15,909 nucleotides of DNA from an uncultured Erysipelotrichaceae bacterium (lineage in GTDB: Bacteria; Bacillota_I; Bacilli_A; Erysipelotrichales; Erysipelotrichaceae), in assembly GCA_964457525.1 (NCBI GenBank), contig CAYWGS010000027.1, positions 1 through 15,909 on the forward strand, given 5' to 3'. Every line of letters begins with the position of its first letter. Within the stretch, counting starts at the first letter, position 1. Both the position numbers and the translations under genes were made by a program. The notes under the pieces are model-generated. The model searched no databases. It saw only the letters and a program-made list of their open reading frames with translations, and had not been told where the DNA came from. Of the stretch, positions 7,566 through 15,865 are shown one piece after another.

Positions 7566-7905
7566 ATCGCATTAAATCTGGTCTATAATACGGAATCGTA
7601 AATCGAATTTCTTTGAACTTAAACTTTAATAAGAACAAAGGATCCACAAACATGAGTTTCTTGTATCGAACGAGTGATTCAGACATGTGTTGAGACATTA
7701 AACAATGAACTTCTAGACCGATTTCTTGGGCATATTTAACCACAGGTAAATACTTATCTAAAGCTTCTTGTTGGTTCATAGAATCATCAAACCATTCAAC
7801 CGTTACTTTCTTTTCACCGGATTCTTTGAATTGTTTGAGTTCATTTTGGATTTGTTCACGATCAATTTGACGTGGATCGAGTTTAAGGTTATTGAGTACA
7901 ATCAT
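7564..7905 (-). CDS. Hypothetical protein (113 aa), family not recognised
   Basis: The ORF is bounded by a strong promoter immediately upstream and a terminator at its stop. There is no SD, and no motif I can assign. Confidence 0.55.
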   Translation of the reverse strand: MIVLNNLKLDPRQIDREQIQNELKQFKESGEKKVTVEWFDDSMNQQEALDKYLPVVKYAQEIGLEVHCLMSQHMSESLVRYKKLMFVDPLFLLKFKFKEIRFTIPYYRPDLMR

Positions 7906-7912
7906 AGTTATA

Positions 7913-7940
7913 ATTATATTGACTTATAATTATTTATCAA
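7913..7940 (-). promoter_or_regulatory. Promoter placed for a leaderless (or nearly leaderless) transcript of the 113-aa ORF
   Basis: The minus strand reads TTGATA (7935-7940), a 16-nt spacer, then TATAAT (7913-7918). Only 7 nt (TATAACT) separate the -10 from the ATG at 7903-7905. Confidence 0.55.
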
Positions 7941-7968
7941 CAAAAATCACCAAGATTGGAGGAAGAAT

Positions 7969-8817
7969 ATGAAATGGCAAGGGCGACAAAGAAGTCGTAA
8001 TGTAAGTGATCGTAGAATATCGGGCAAAGGTGCAATTGGTGGTGCTGGAATCATCATCCTTTTAGTATATACATTGATTAGTGGAGATCCGAGTGCTCTT
8101 ATCGGTTCTTTATTAAACCAGGGGCCAAGTCAATCAGAGCTAAGTGCTCAAGAAGTTGAAATGGGAGAATTTGTTTCTGTTGTTTTAAAGGATACAGAAA
8201 CGGTTTGGACAGATATTTTTGAAGAATATGATATGACTTATCAACCCGTTAATTTAGTCTTATTCACAGATTCAATGAATACAGGATGTGGTTATGCGAC
8301 TTCATCCGTTGGGCCTTTTTATTGTTCACAAGATCAAACGATATATATTGATTTAGTATTCTACAAGCAATTAAGAGAACAGTTTAATGCGCCTGGTGAT
8401 TTTGCGATGGCCTATGTTATTGCGCATGAAGTGGGGCATCATGTCCAGAATTTAACGGGAATTCTTGAAGAATATCAATCATTACGATCAAAAATGAGTA
8501 CACTTGAATACAACCAACTCACCATTCGATTAGAACTTCAAGCGGATTATTGTGCAGGTGTTTGGGCTAAACGTGTACAAGGCTTAGGTTACTTAGAAGA
8601 AGGCGATCTAGAAGAGGCGATGAATGCGGCAAGTGCAGTTGGCGATGATCGCATTCAAGAAACAATGACTGGTCAAGTGAATCCTGATAACTTTACCCAT
8701 GGTACATCTGAACAGCGTCAGAATTGGTTCTATAAGGGTTTTAGAAATGGGAATTTAGATGAATGGGATACATTTAGCTTAGAGGAAATCTTTGTAAATA
8801 ATACTCTATTGTCATAA
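7969..8817 (+). CDS. ypfJ: YpfJ-family neutral zinc metallopeptidase (membrane-anchored)
   Basis: A 282-aa protein with the N-terminus MKWQGRQRSRNVSDRR followed by a TM helix, as in YpfJ proteins. The HEVGHH zinc-binding motif is present. RBS GGAGG is present. Confidence 0.85.
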   Translation: MKWQGRQRSRNVSDRRISGKGAIGGAGIIILLVYTLISGDPSALIGSLLNQGPSQSELSAQEVEMGEFVSVVLKDTETVWTDIFEEYDMTYQPVNLVLFTDSMNTGCGYATSSVGPFYCSQDQTIYIDLVFYKQLREQFNAPGDFAMAYVIAHEVGHHVQNLTGILEEYQSLRSKMSTLEYNQLTIRLELQADYCAGVWAKRVQGLGYLEEGDLEEAMNAASAVGDDRIQETMTGQVNPDNFTHGTSEQRQNWFYKGFRNGNLDEWDTFSLEEIFVNNTLLS

Positions 8818-8859
8818 TGACTTTTATTCTTATTGGTTTTGCGCTAAAATGTCTCAAGT

Positions 8860-9909
8860 ATGAAACAAACGATTACCCTTCAATTAGATATTGAACATTT
8901 CGATTCAAATGAATTAAAACAAGCCGCTGAACTTATTCGTGAGAATAAAACGGTTATTTTCCCGACTGAAACAGTTTATGGATTAGGGGCAAATGCTTTA
9001 TCAGAAGATGCTGTTAAGAAGATATTTATCGCTAAAGGTCGTCCTCAGGATAATCCACTTATTGTCCATGTATCGAGTTTAGAGATGTGTGAGTTATTAA
9101 TTGAGAAACCTTTAAATGAACAAACAAAACGTTTAATCCAAGCCTTTTGGCCAGGTCCATTAACGATTGTATTAAAGCATTCTGATAAAGTTCCTGCATC
9201 AGTGTGTGCAAACTTAGATACGGTTGGCATACGGATGCCAGATCATCCAATCGCATTAAAGTTAATTGAATTAGCGGGTGTCCCAATTGCGGCTCCAAGT
9301 GCTAATATTTCAGGTAAACCAAGTCCTACCGAAGCGGAACATGTCTTAAATGATATGATGGGACGCGTCGATATGATTGTGACCGCATCTAAAAGTCGCA
9401 TTGGTCTAGAATCGACTGTACTTGATATGAGTGGTTCGATACCAACGTTGTTGCGTCCGGGTGGAATTACTGTATCTCAAATTGAATCGATTATTGGTAA
9501 AATACATGTCGATGATAGTATTCATAAAACAGTTGATAAGCCAAAATCACCTGGAATGAAATATACCCATTATGCACCGAGTGCACAACTAACAATTTAT
9601 CGAGGTTCTCGAGAGCATATGATTATGGCAATCCAAAATGAAATTATGAGTGCCGATCAAAAAGGTTTAAAAAGCGCCGTTATTACTTGTGATGAGAATC
9701 GAAATGAGTATAATCATACACTCATTCTCAGTTTAGGTAGTATAAAAAAACCAGATGAACTGGCAAATCATTTATTTGATCGATTACGTGAATGCGATAA
9801 ACAAGGTGTAGACATTATCTTTGCGGAAGCTTTCTCAGAGGATGAAATTGGGCTTGCCTTAATGAATCGATTAAAGAAAGCAGCAGGATTTAATATTATC
9901 GAAGTATAG
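8860..9909 (+). CDS. tsaC: L-threonylcarbamoyladenylate synthase, Sua5/YwlC type (YrdC domain plus C-terminal Sua5 domain)
   Basis: A 349-aa protein with FPTETVYGLGANA, KGRPQDNPLIVHV and SANISGKPSPT motifs. The extra C-terminal domain of about 130 aa is typical of Sua5/YwlC. No SD is visible upstream. Confidence 0.9.
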   Translation: MKQTITLQLDIEHFDSNELKQAAELIRENKTVIFPTETVYGLGANALSEDAVKKIFIAKGRPQDNPLIVHVSSLEMCELLIEKPLNEQTKRLIQAFWPGPLTIVLKHSDKVPASVCANLDTVGIRMPDHPIALKLIELAGVPIAAPSANISGKPSPTEAEHVLNDMMGRVDMIVTASKSRIGLESTVLDMSGSIPTLLRPGGITVSQIESIIGKIHVDDSIHKTVDKPKSPGMKYTHYAPSAQLTIYRGSREHMIMAIQNEIMSADQKGLKSAVITCDENRNEYNHTLILSLGSIKKPDELANHLFDRLRECDKQGVDIIFAEAFSEDEIGLALMNRLKKAAGFNIIEV

Positions 9910-9931
9910 ACACATGCAAATGTGTTTTTTT
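9908..9931 (+). terminator. Intrinsic terminator of tsaC
   Basis: ACACAT-gcaa-ATGTGT (9910-9925) is extendable by A-U/G-U pairs and is followed by a T-run (9926-9931). Confidence 0.7.
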
Positions 9932-10604
9932 ATAACTTATTGGATTGATTGATTAAATAGAAATAACCAAAGATTGACACAGAAAGTGCACTAATCGAAT
10001 CAACAATAATGTCTTTCATAGTATCAAGAAGAGCTTCATTCCCTACTAGAACTACTCCTTCATAGGTAATATATTTTTGCATATTTGTCTTAAATATAAC
10101 ATCCATTGAAAACTCATAGATTTCCCATAGACTACCAAATGCTAACGCAAAACTAAAAGCAAACAATGCGATAAAAAATGGACTAAGTCGTACATAATGA
10201 GAAACTTCACGATTTAACATACTTACTAAAATAAATCCAAGAGCTCCAAGCATTGCACCACTAAATGCGTGTAAGATCGTATCCCAAAATGGAATAAGAT
10301 AGTAGAAACTTCTTACTTCGCCTAAGTAAATCGCACAATATAAAAAGATATAGTAAAGTACTTCCACAATTGATGGAATTTGGATTGAGAAACGTTTATT
10401 AATAATGGATGGAAATGTCATTACAAAGAGTCCAAGTAGACATTGCAACAACATCAAAACATAGTCACTGCGAACTTTAATAAATTCAAAATCACTCGTA
10501 AATTCAGCAGGTGTTTGGATAATTCGAACAATTGTATAAACAATGGATAGGATAAGTGTTATAAATAACAATCTCGCAAAGAATGTACGCCAATCTCTTT
10601 TCAT
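9930..10604 (-). CDS. Multi-pass membrane protein, possibly YjdF/DUF2238-like (uncertain)
   Basis: A 224-aa protein with about 6 predicted TM helices. Motifs WDTILHAFSG, LWEIYEF and DTMKDIIVD resemble what I recall of the YjdF family, but this is not verified. The start overlaps the GGDEF gene stop (ATGA at 10601-10604). Confidence 0.75.
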   Translation of the reverse strand: MKRDWRTFFARLLFITLILSIVYTIVRIIQTPAEFTSDFEFIKVRSDYVLMLLQCLLGLFVMTFPSIINKRFSIQIPSIVEVLYYIFLYCAIYLGEVRSFYYLIPFWDTILHAFSGAMLGALGFILVSMLNREVSHYVRLSPFFIALFAFSFALAFGSLWEIYEFSMDVIFKTNMQKYITYEGVVLVGNEALLDTMKDIIVDSISALSVSIFGYFYLINQSNKL

Positions 10605-11926
10605 AGTAATTTCTCACGTCGAGTTCGTTTATTTCGATACATTTCAAAGTCTGCGACTTTTACAAGATCATCTAAGGTTTCCCCATCATTTGGATATTGA
10701 GCAATTCCGAAACTGAATGAACAAGCAATATTTAAATCATCAACTTTTAGATCTTTTTCAGTTAACATCTCATTTAATTCAAAATACTTTCGATTTAACT
10801 CTTCTACATTTGAATTAAACAAGATACCGATAAACTCATCCCCACCAAAACGTGCTAAAACATCACTGTCTCGTTGATTAGACTTTAATAAATCAGAAAC
10901 ATGTTTAAGGACTTGATCACCAATAAAGTGTCCATAACGATCATTTATCGATTTAAAATAATCAATATCGAATAGCACAATAGCGAATTTTTCTTCATAA
11001 CGAACAGCTCTTTTACGATTCTGTTCAAATTGATCTTCAAAATAATGACGATTATATAACTGAGTTAGATTATCGTATCGTGATAAAAACAACTTTTGTT
11101 GATACAACTTATGATTTGTTATCGCAACTTCAACCGTATTACGAATGAACTCCATCATTTGAACATCATTATCATCAAATGCATTATTTTCAAGGGAATC
11201 GATATTAATAATCGCATACAATTGTCCTTCTACAATGATTGGACCCGATAATGTAGATCCAATCAAGATTCTATTTTCATCTTTAAGATTAAAATTAGTT
11301 TGATTCCCCAGGTTTTCTAGATTAATTCGCACAAAACGATCCATCTTGTTATCTGTATTACGTGCTAAAAAAGTATTTTCGCATGGTAACTTTAAGTTTA
11401 GAATATCTGCACTAAATCCATAGTAAGATACTGTTTGAAACATATTACCTTGTTTAAGCATAATGGATCCATAACTCGATTTTTCTAAGGCTTTAATCGC
11501 ATTGACTAAACTTAAATCAAATATTTCAGAAATACTATTCGCAATAAATATGGATTGCGTTAGTTCCAACATTAAAGATCTAAGTTTCTTTTCACGATCG
11601 AGTTCAAATTCTTTTCTTTTTCTTTTCGAAACCTCACGGCAATAGCCTAGGATTAATTCTCTTCCTTCAAAAATAACAACTTGTCCTTTTAAAACGACCC
11701 ATCTTTGTTCATTCTGGTTTTTAGATATATTAATTTCAATATCGCTATTATTCTTTTTAAGAAATTCTTCATAATATTGTGACCATAGATTAAGTTCAAT
11801 CAGTCGTTCAATAATATCTGGAAGTTCTTTATCAAAATAAACAATTTCATCTCGATTAAACAAAAAAGGACTAAGTGGACTTAGATCAGACAATATACTC
11901 AATTGTTCTTTTGTGATATGTTTCAT
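10601..11926 (-). CDS. Diguanylate cyclase: N-terminal sensory region, GAF-like domain and GGDEF domain
   Basis: A 441-aa protein with an intact GGDEF active site (codons 10832-10846). An RxxD I-site (RDSD, 10862-10873) lies exactly 5 residues upstream. LTQLYNRHYF and DIDYFKSINDRYGH motifs are present. No TM segments are evident. Confidence 0.9.
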   Translation of the reverse strand: MKHITKEQLSILSDLSPLSPFLFNRDEIVYFDKELPDIIERLIELNLWSQYYEEFLKKNNSDIEINISKNQNEQRWVVLKGQVVIFEGRELILGYCREVSKRKRKEFELDREKKLRSLMLELTQSIFIANSISEIFDLSLVNAIKALEKSSYGSIMLKQGNMFQTVSYYGFSADILNLKLPCENTFLARNTDNKMDRFVRINLENLGNQTNFNLKDENRILIGSTLSGPIIVEGQLYAIINIDSLENNAFDDNDVQMMEFIRNTVEVAITNHKLYQQKLFLSRYDNLTQLYNRHYFEDQFEQNRKRAVRYEEKFAIVLFDIDYFKSINDRYGHFIGDQVLKHVSDLLKSNQRDSDVLARFGGDEFIGILFNSNVEELNRKYFELNEMLTEKDLKVDDLNIACSFSFGIAQYPNDGETLDDLVKVADFEMYRNKRTRREKLL

Positions 11927-11933
11927 TAGATAT

Positions 11934-11961
11934 ATTTTATCATTTATGTAATTATTGTAAA
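11934..11961 (-). promoter_or_regulatory. Internal promoter placed for a leaderless GGDEF transcript
   Basis: The minus strand reads TTTACA (11956-11961), a 16-nt spacer, then TGaTAAAAT (extended -10, hexamer 11934-11939). Only 7 nt lie between the -10 and ATG 11924-11926, with no SD. Confidence 0.5.
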
Positions 11962-11966
11962 CCTAA

Positions 11967-12989
11967 TTATTTAGGATAACACGCATCTTTTCCTGTTTCG
12001 AGTACTTTCATTACAAATAATGTCTCTTCAGGCTTCACGATTCTGTCCTTACCCAAAACAATGTGTTGATAGATCGCATCATAAACTCTCCCATAATCAC
12101 CGATTTCACTCATCACTTTCTCTACTGTAATTTGATTATTTTGATTAATGCTTGTTAGGATGCCATAATGTTCTTCCGTATCAATGCCAAAATAATGATT
12201 ATCAGGCATAATAAATTGTTTTAAATGTTCCTCTTGGCGATCTTTGGTTTGTTTGATAAAAACACCCTTCTTACCATAGAGAACAAAAGAAGGTCTCTCG
12301 ATTAAGCGAAAGAAACTTGATTTAATGGATACTTTGAAATTACCATAGAATAAATCAATATCGAAATAGTCATTCATACGATTTTGACCAAGTAGATTCC
12401 GTACATCATACACAATTCGATCTGGTTGACCAAAATAGGATACAACTTGATCAAGCGAATGACAGGCATGTCCATAGAAATAACCTTGATGAAATGGTAA
12501 AGATTGTATTTGATTCACAACATCTGCACGATAGTAATCAAAGTGCATTTCGAGTTCGAGTAAGTCACCACATTTTCCACTTTCTATTACTTTTTGAACG
12601 GTTAGAAAATCACTATCATAACGACGATTTTGATAACACTCAATAAATAATCCTTTTAATTTTGCGGTCTCAAACAGTATTTCACCTTGTTTTAATGTTA
12701 CCGTAAAGGGTTTCTCTACTAATACATGTTTATTATGCTCAAGTGCTTTAAGTGCATAGTCAAAATGAGTATCTACCCCTGAACATACAACTACCATATC
12801 TACTTCAGGATCTAAGAAAACATCATCTTCATTTTCGCTATAATTAACATTTTGTATCTTTTCCCATTTCGTACTTTTCGCATGTGGAGAATAGATTGTC
12901 TTAACTTTGAATTCTTTACGTTGTAAAACAAATGGTAAATGATAACGATGAACACTCTTTCCACTTCCAATATAAGCTAAAGTTAACAT
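11967..12989 (-). CDS. Gfo/Idh/MocA family NAD(P)-dependent oxidoreductase
   Basis: A 340-aa protein with an N-terminal Rossmann segment and the family's EKP motif (VLVEKPFT). RBS GGAGG lies 4 nt before the ATG. Confidence 0.88.
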   Translation of the reverse strand: MLTLAYIGSGKSVHRYHLPFVLQRKEFKVKTIYSPHAKSTKWEKIQNVNYSENEDDVFLDPEVDMVVVCSGVDTHFDYALKALEHNKHVLVEKPFTVTLKQGEILFETAKLKGLFIECYQNRRYDSDFLTVQKVIESGKCGDLLELEMHFDYYRADVVNQIQSLPFHQGYFYGHACHSLDQVVSYFGQPDRIVYDVRNLLGQNRMNDYFDIDLFYGNFKVSIKSSFFRLIERPSFVLYGKKGVFIKQTKDRQEEHLKQFIMPDNHYFGIDTEEHYGILTSINQNNQITVEKVMSEIGDYGRVYDAIYQHIVLGKDRIVKPEETLFVMKVLETGKDACYPK

Positions 12990-13060
12990 AAGACCTCCAT
13001 AGGTTATTTCCTTTATATTCTTGTCATCCCGATGACTAACACACGTACTACATTTGCTAA

Positions 13061-13069
13061 ATCATACCA
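13061..13069 (-). promoter_or_regulatory. Extended -10 element (TGgTATGAT) for the oxidoreductase gene
   Basis: The minus strand reads TGGTATGAT about 70 nt upstream of the ATG. The -35 is poor, which is acceptable for extended -10 promoters. Confidence 0.4.
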
Positions 13070-13245
13070 TTTTTAATGAAATACTGTGTTTGTATCAAAT
13101 CTATTCATTATTTATCTTACTGTTTTTTGTGTGAATCCAGGTACAATTACCAATTAATGAATAATACAATGTTTAAAAATTTTCTATTTAACGGATAAGC
13201 AAGTGATTTGCATATTTGATATAAATAAGCGATAACATAATTAAT

Positions 13246-14178
13246 ATGATAAAGAAATGGTTAAGAATTATCTTAGTAATCCTTTTATTCTTCCTGATAC
13301 TTCCCTATTTTATTCCGGTAGAATTTGAACATGAGATTCCAGAAAAACCTTATTCAAATTCACGTTTTTTTACAGTTGATAATATAAGTATTCATACCCA
13401 AATTTATCCTGTTGATCATCCAAAAGGTAAGATTGTGTTTATTCATGGATTAGGTGCTTCTACAGCTAGTTTTAGACACAATGCACCTTTTTTGAATGAA
13501 CAAGGCTATTTTGTCATATCCATCGATTTACCTGCATTCGGATATAGCAGTAAAGCTCGAAACATTGATCATTCACAAATGAATCGAGCCCAATTGATAT
13601 GGCAAATACTTAATCAAATCGATTTAGAAACCAATAATGATCCATGGCATTTGGTCGGTCATTCGATGGGTGGATCAACTGTTCTTGCAATGACAGAGTT
13701 ACTACCCTCTCATGTCAAGACATTAAACTTAATTGCAGGAGCTGTAACAAGTGATGTCGATCGACCGAATTGGTTACTTAAAACACCTTTGGGACAGTAT
13801 CTAAAAATCGCCTTAAGATACTTCATGATCAACGAAAAGCAATTTGCGAATATTTTAGAAAGTGCAATGTCGAGCACACCGAGTAAAGAGGATATACGAT
13901 ATTATTTAGAACCTCTTCAAACAAAGGGAACAATCTCTGCTCTACTTGATTTTGTACAAACTTCAGATAATTTCTTAATCAGTGAATTTAGTGTTAAGAA
14001 TGTTCCTATAAATCTATTTTGGGGTAAAAAAGACACTTGGGTAAGTGTCGATTCGATTGATGAAATAAAGAAGTATGTTGAAATAAACTCTATCGAACTA
14101 TTTAATGATGGTCATTTAGTTCATGAAACATCAGAAGAATTTAATCCTAAATTACTAGAAAAACTTATTACTCCTTAG
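13246..14178 (+). CDS. Alpha/beta hydrolase with an N-terminal membrane anchor
   Basis: A 310-aa protein with an N-terminal hydrophobic helix, HGLGAS, the nucleophile elbow GHSMGG and a C-terminal DGHLVHE. No SD lies upstream of the only plausible ATG. Confidence 0.85.
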   Translation: MIKKWLRIILVILLFFLILPYFIPVEFEHEIPEKPYSNSRFFTVDNISIHTQIYPVDHPKGKIVFIHGLGASTASFRHNAPFLNEQGYFVISIDLPAFGYSSKARNIDHSQMNRAQLIWQILNQIDLETNNDPWHLVGHSMGGSTVLAMTELLPSHVKTLNLIAGAVTSDVDRPNWLLKTPLGQYLKIALRYFMINEKQFANILESAMSSTPSKEDIRYYLEPLQTKGTISALLDFVQTSDNFLISEFSVKNVPINLFWGKKDTWVSVDSIDEIKKYVEINSIELFNDGHLVHETSEEFNPKLLEKLITP

Positions 14179-15031
14179 TATATGCTTTAATCAATGCTTG
14201 AGTACCAAGTAGAGAATATCCTTCATTTGCCAATAATTCATACTTTGATAAAACATCTTTTACTACGGTTAAATCTAGTTTTTCATTTTCAGCTTCTTCA
14301 CAAACAAGTTTTAAATCCTTAATAAAATGATGAATGTAAAAACCTGGATTATAATCCTGTTTTAGTATCTTTGGGCCATTATTCGATAATTGCCAAGAAC
14401 CTGCTGCTCCTCCAGAGATCGCTTGTAAGATTAAATCTTCTTTTAATCCTTTAGATTGAATATATGAAATCGCTTCAGTCACAGCCGCAATATTTCCTGC
14501 GACCACTATTTGATTTACCATCTTACAGTGTTGACCAGAACCATGCGGACCAATATGCGTCACTTGTTTTCCCATAAGTTTAAAATAAGTAAGAGCTTCA
14601 TTATAATCATATTCATCTCCACCAACCATAATTGAAAGTGTCGCATTCTTTGCCCCAATATCACCCCCTGATACTGGCGCATCCAATAATCGAACGCCTT
14701 TAGATTTTGCGATTTGACTGAGTTCAACCGCTAAAGCAGGTGCTGAAGTTGTCATATCGATGCATAAGGCATTTTTTTTACAATGATTCAATATACCTTC
14801 TTCACTACAGTAAACCTCATACACATCTTTCGGATAACCCACCATCGTAAAGATTACATCCGCATCTTGTATCGCATCTTTTATGGATGAACACAATTTT
14901 GCTTTATCTTTTAGGTTTAACATTTTTTCTTGACTACGATTATAAAGTGCACAAGAATATCCTGCATTAATTAAATGGCTTACCATCGCATTACCCATAA
15001 CACCTGTTCCAATCCACGCTATTTTTTTCAT
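14168..15031 (-). CDS. NAD(P)-dependent oxidoreductase of the 3-hydroxyisobutyrate dehydrogenase / 2-hydroxy-3-oxopropionate reductase family
   Basis: A 287-aa protein with the N-terminal IAWIGTGVMGNAM dinucleotide fold and the VSGGDIGAKNATLSIMVGG family signature. RBS AGGTGG is present. Confidence 0.88.
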   Translation of the reverse strand: MKKIAWIGTGVMGNAMVSHLINAGYSCALYNRSQEKMLNLKDKAKLCSSIKDAIQDADVIFTMVGYPKDVYEVYCSEEGILNHCKKNALCIDMTTSAPALAVELSQIAKSKGVRLLDAPVSGGDIGAKNATLSIMVGGDEYDYNEALTYFKLMGKQVTHIGPHGSGQHCKMVNQIVVAGNIAAVTEAISYIQSKGLKEDLILQAISGGAAGSWQLSNNGPKILKQDYNPGFYIHHFIKDLKLVCEEAENEKLDLTVVKDVLSKYELLANEGYSLLGTQALIKAYTKE

Positions 15032-15050
15032 ATTTCCACCTTTTTATTTT

Positions 15051-15059
15051 ATTATAACA
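15051..15059 (-). promoter_or_regulatory. Extended -10 element (TGtTATAAT) for the dehydrogenase gene
   Basis: The minus strand reads TGTTATAAT about 20 nt upstream of the ATG at 15029-15031. Confidence 0.45.
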
Positions 15060-15061
15060 TG

Positions 15062-15090
15062 GTGCAAATTCTTAGAATCTAGACTATGAT
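15062..15090 (+). promoter_or_regulatory. Putative promoter of the esterase gene
   Basis: GTGCAA, a 17-nt spacer, then TATGAT (15085-15090). The -10 contains the track's ATG at 15086, which argues that the real start is downstream. Confidence 0.4.
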
Positions 15091-15109
15091 AAATATGTGG
15101 GAGATCAAT

Positions 15110-15829
15110 ATGAAATGGTTTGATAATTTTATACGTAAAAGAAGTAAGCCTGTTATATTTTGTGTACATGGATTTGGGGTTAGACGAACACATGAATTTG
15201 ATGAATTACGCTATAGTTTTGAAAATAAAGGTTATACCTTTATTATTCCTGAAATCTTTGATCAAACAGTACTCGATGACATTGATCCAAATGAATGGAT
15301 CAATCGTGTAGAGAAACCACTTCAAGAACTTATAAATCGTAATAAACGAGTTTATCTTATCGGGTTTTCAATGGGTGGAGTCATCGCATCCTATCTTGCT
15401 TCAAAATACAAGGTTGAACGCTTGGTTTTGATCGCACCAGCCTTTGAATACATCACTGTTAAAGCTATTTTAGATACAGTGGAAGGTGTTGCCCGTAATC
15501 TTATCAAGAAAACTGAAGTTAGTTCATCAGACTATCCTCCTTTACCAGACCAATTTACCACTACTTTTAGAGAGATTGTGGCTCGACATAAAGAAACAAT
15601 CAAACACATTAGTTGCCCTGTCTTAATCATACATGGCACAAGTGATGAAACGATTCCAATTCGAAGTAGTGAGTATGCTTATGATTCGATCTATCATCAA
15701 AATAAACGACTGATTATTCTAAAGAATGTTAATCATCGTATTTTAGATGATTTAATCTATAAACAAGATGTTCACCATATTATTGATGAATTCATCCACA
15801 ATAGAATCATCAGAATCCAAGATAAATAA
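15110..15829 (+). CDS. Alpha/beta hydrolase (carboxylesterase / monoacylglycerol-lipase-like)
   Basis: HGFG, nucleophile elbow GFSMGG, HGTSDETIP and a catalytic His in NHRILDD are present. The start is set at ATG 15110 (MKWFDNF...) because GGGAGA (15099-15104) lies 5 nt upstream, whereas ATGs 15086 and 15095 have no SD and sit in or at the putative -10. Confidence 0.85.
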   Translation: MKWFDNFIRKRSKPVIFCVHGFGVRRTHEFDELRYSFENKGYTFIIPEIFDQTVLDDIDPNEWINRVEKPLQELINRNKRVYLIGFSMGGVIASYLASKYKVERLVLIAPAFEYITVKAILDTVEGVARNLIKKTEVSSSDYPPLPDQFTTTFREIVARHKETIKHISCPVLIIHGTSDETIPIRSSEYAYDSIYHQNKRLIILKNVNHRILDDLIYKQDVHHIIDEFIHNRIIRIQDK

Positions 15830-15865
15830 AAAACCTTTGATATCATTCAAAGGTTTTTTATGTGT
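15830..15865 (+). terminator. Intrinsic terminator of the esterase gene
   Basis: AAAACCTTTGA-tatcat-TCAAAGGTTTT is an 11-bp perfect stem (15830-15840 / 15847-15857) followed by a T-rich tract. Confidence 0.85.

Noticed and set aside
9045-9298. Two minus-strand ORFs (61 and 79 aa) inside tsaC
   Set aside because: They are antisense to a highly conserved Sua5/YwlC CDS and have no start signals.
13076-13198. 40-aa Cys-containing small ORF (MKYCVCIKSIHYLSYCFLCESRYNYQLMNNTMFKNFLFNG) in the long intergenic region
   Set aside because: It has no RBS or convincing promoter and overlaps the putative oxidoreductase promoter on the other strand. An ORF of this size is expected by chance in AT-rich DNA. 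It is worth revisiting only if Ribo-seq or conservation supports it.
15086-15109. Upstream ATG starts (15086, 15095) for the esterase
   Set aside because: Neither has an SD, and ATG 15086 lies inside the putative -10 TATGAT. ATG 15110 has GGGAGA at the ideal spacing.
15120-15311. 63-aa plus-strand ORF in another frame within the esterase gene
   Set aside because: It lies in an overlapping frame of a supported alpha/beta hydrolase CDS and has no RBS.
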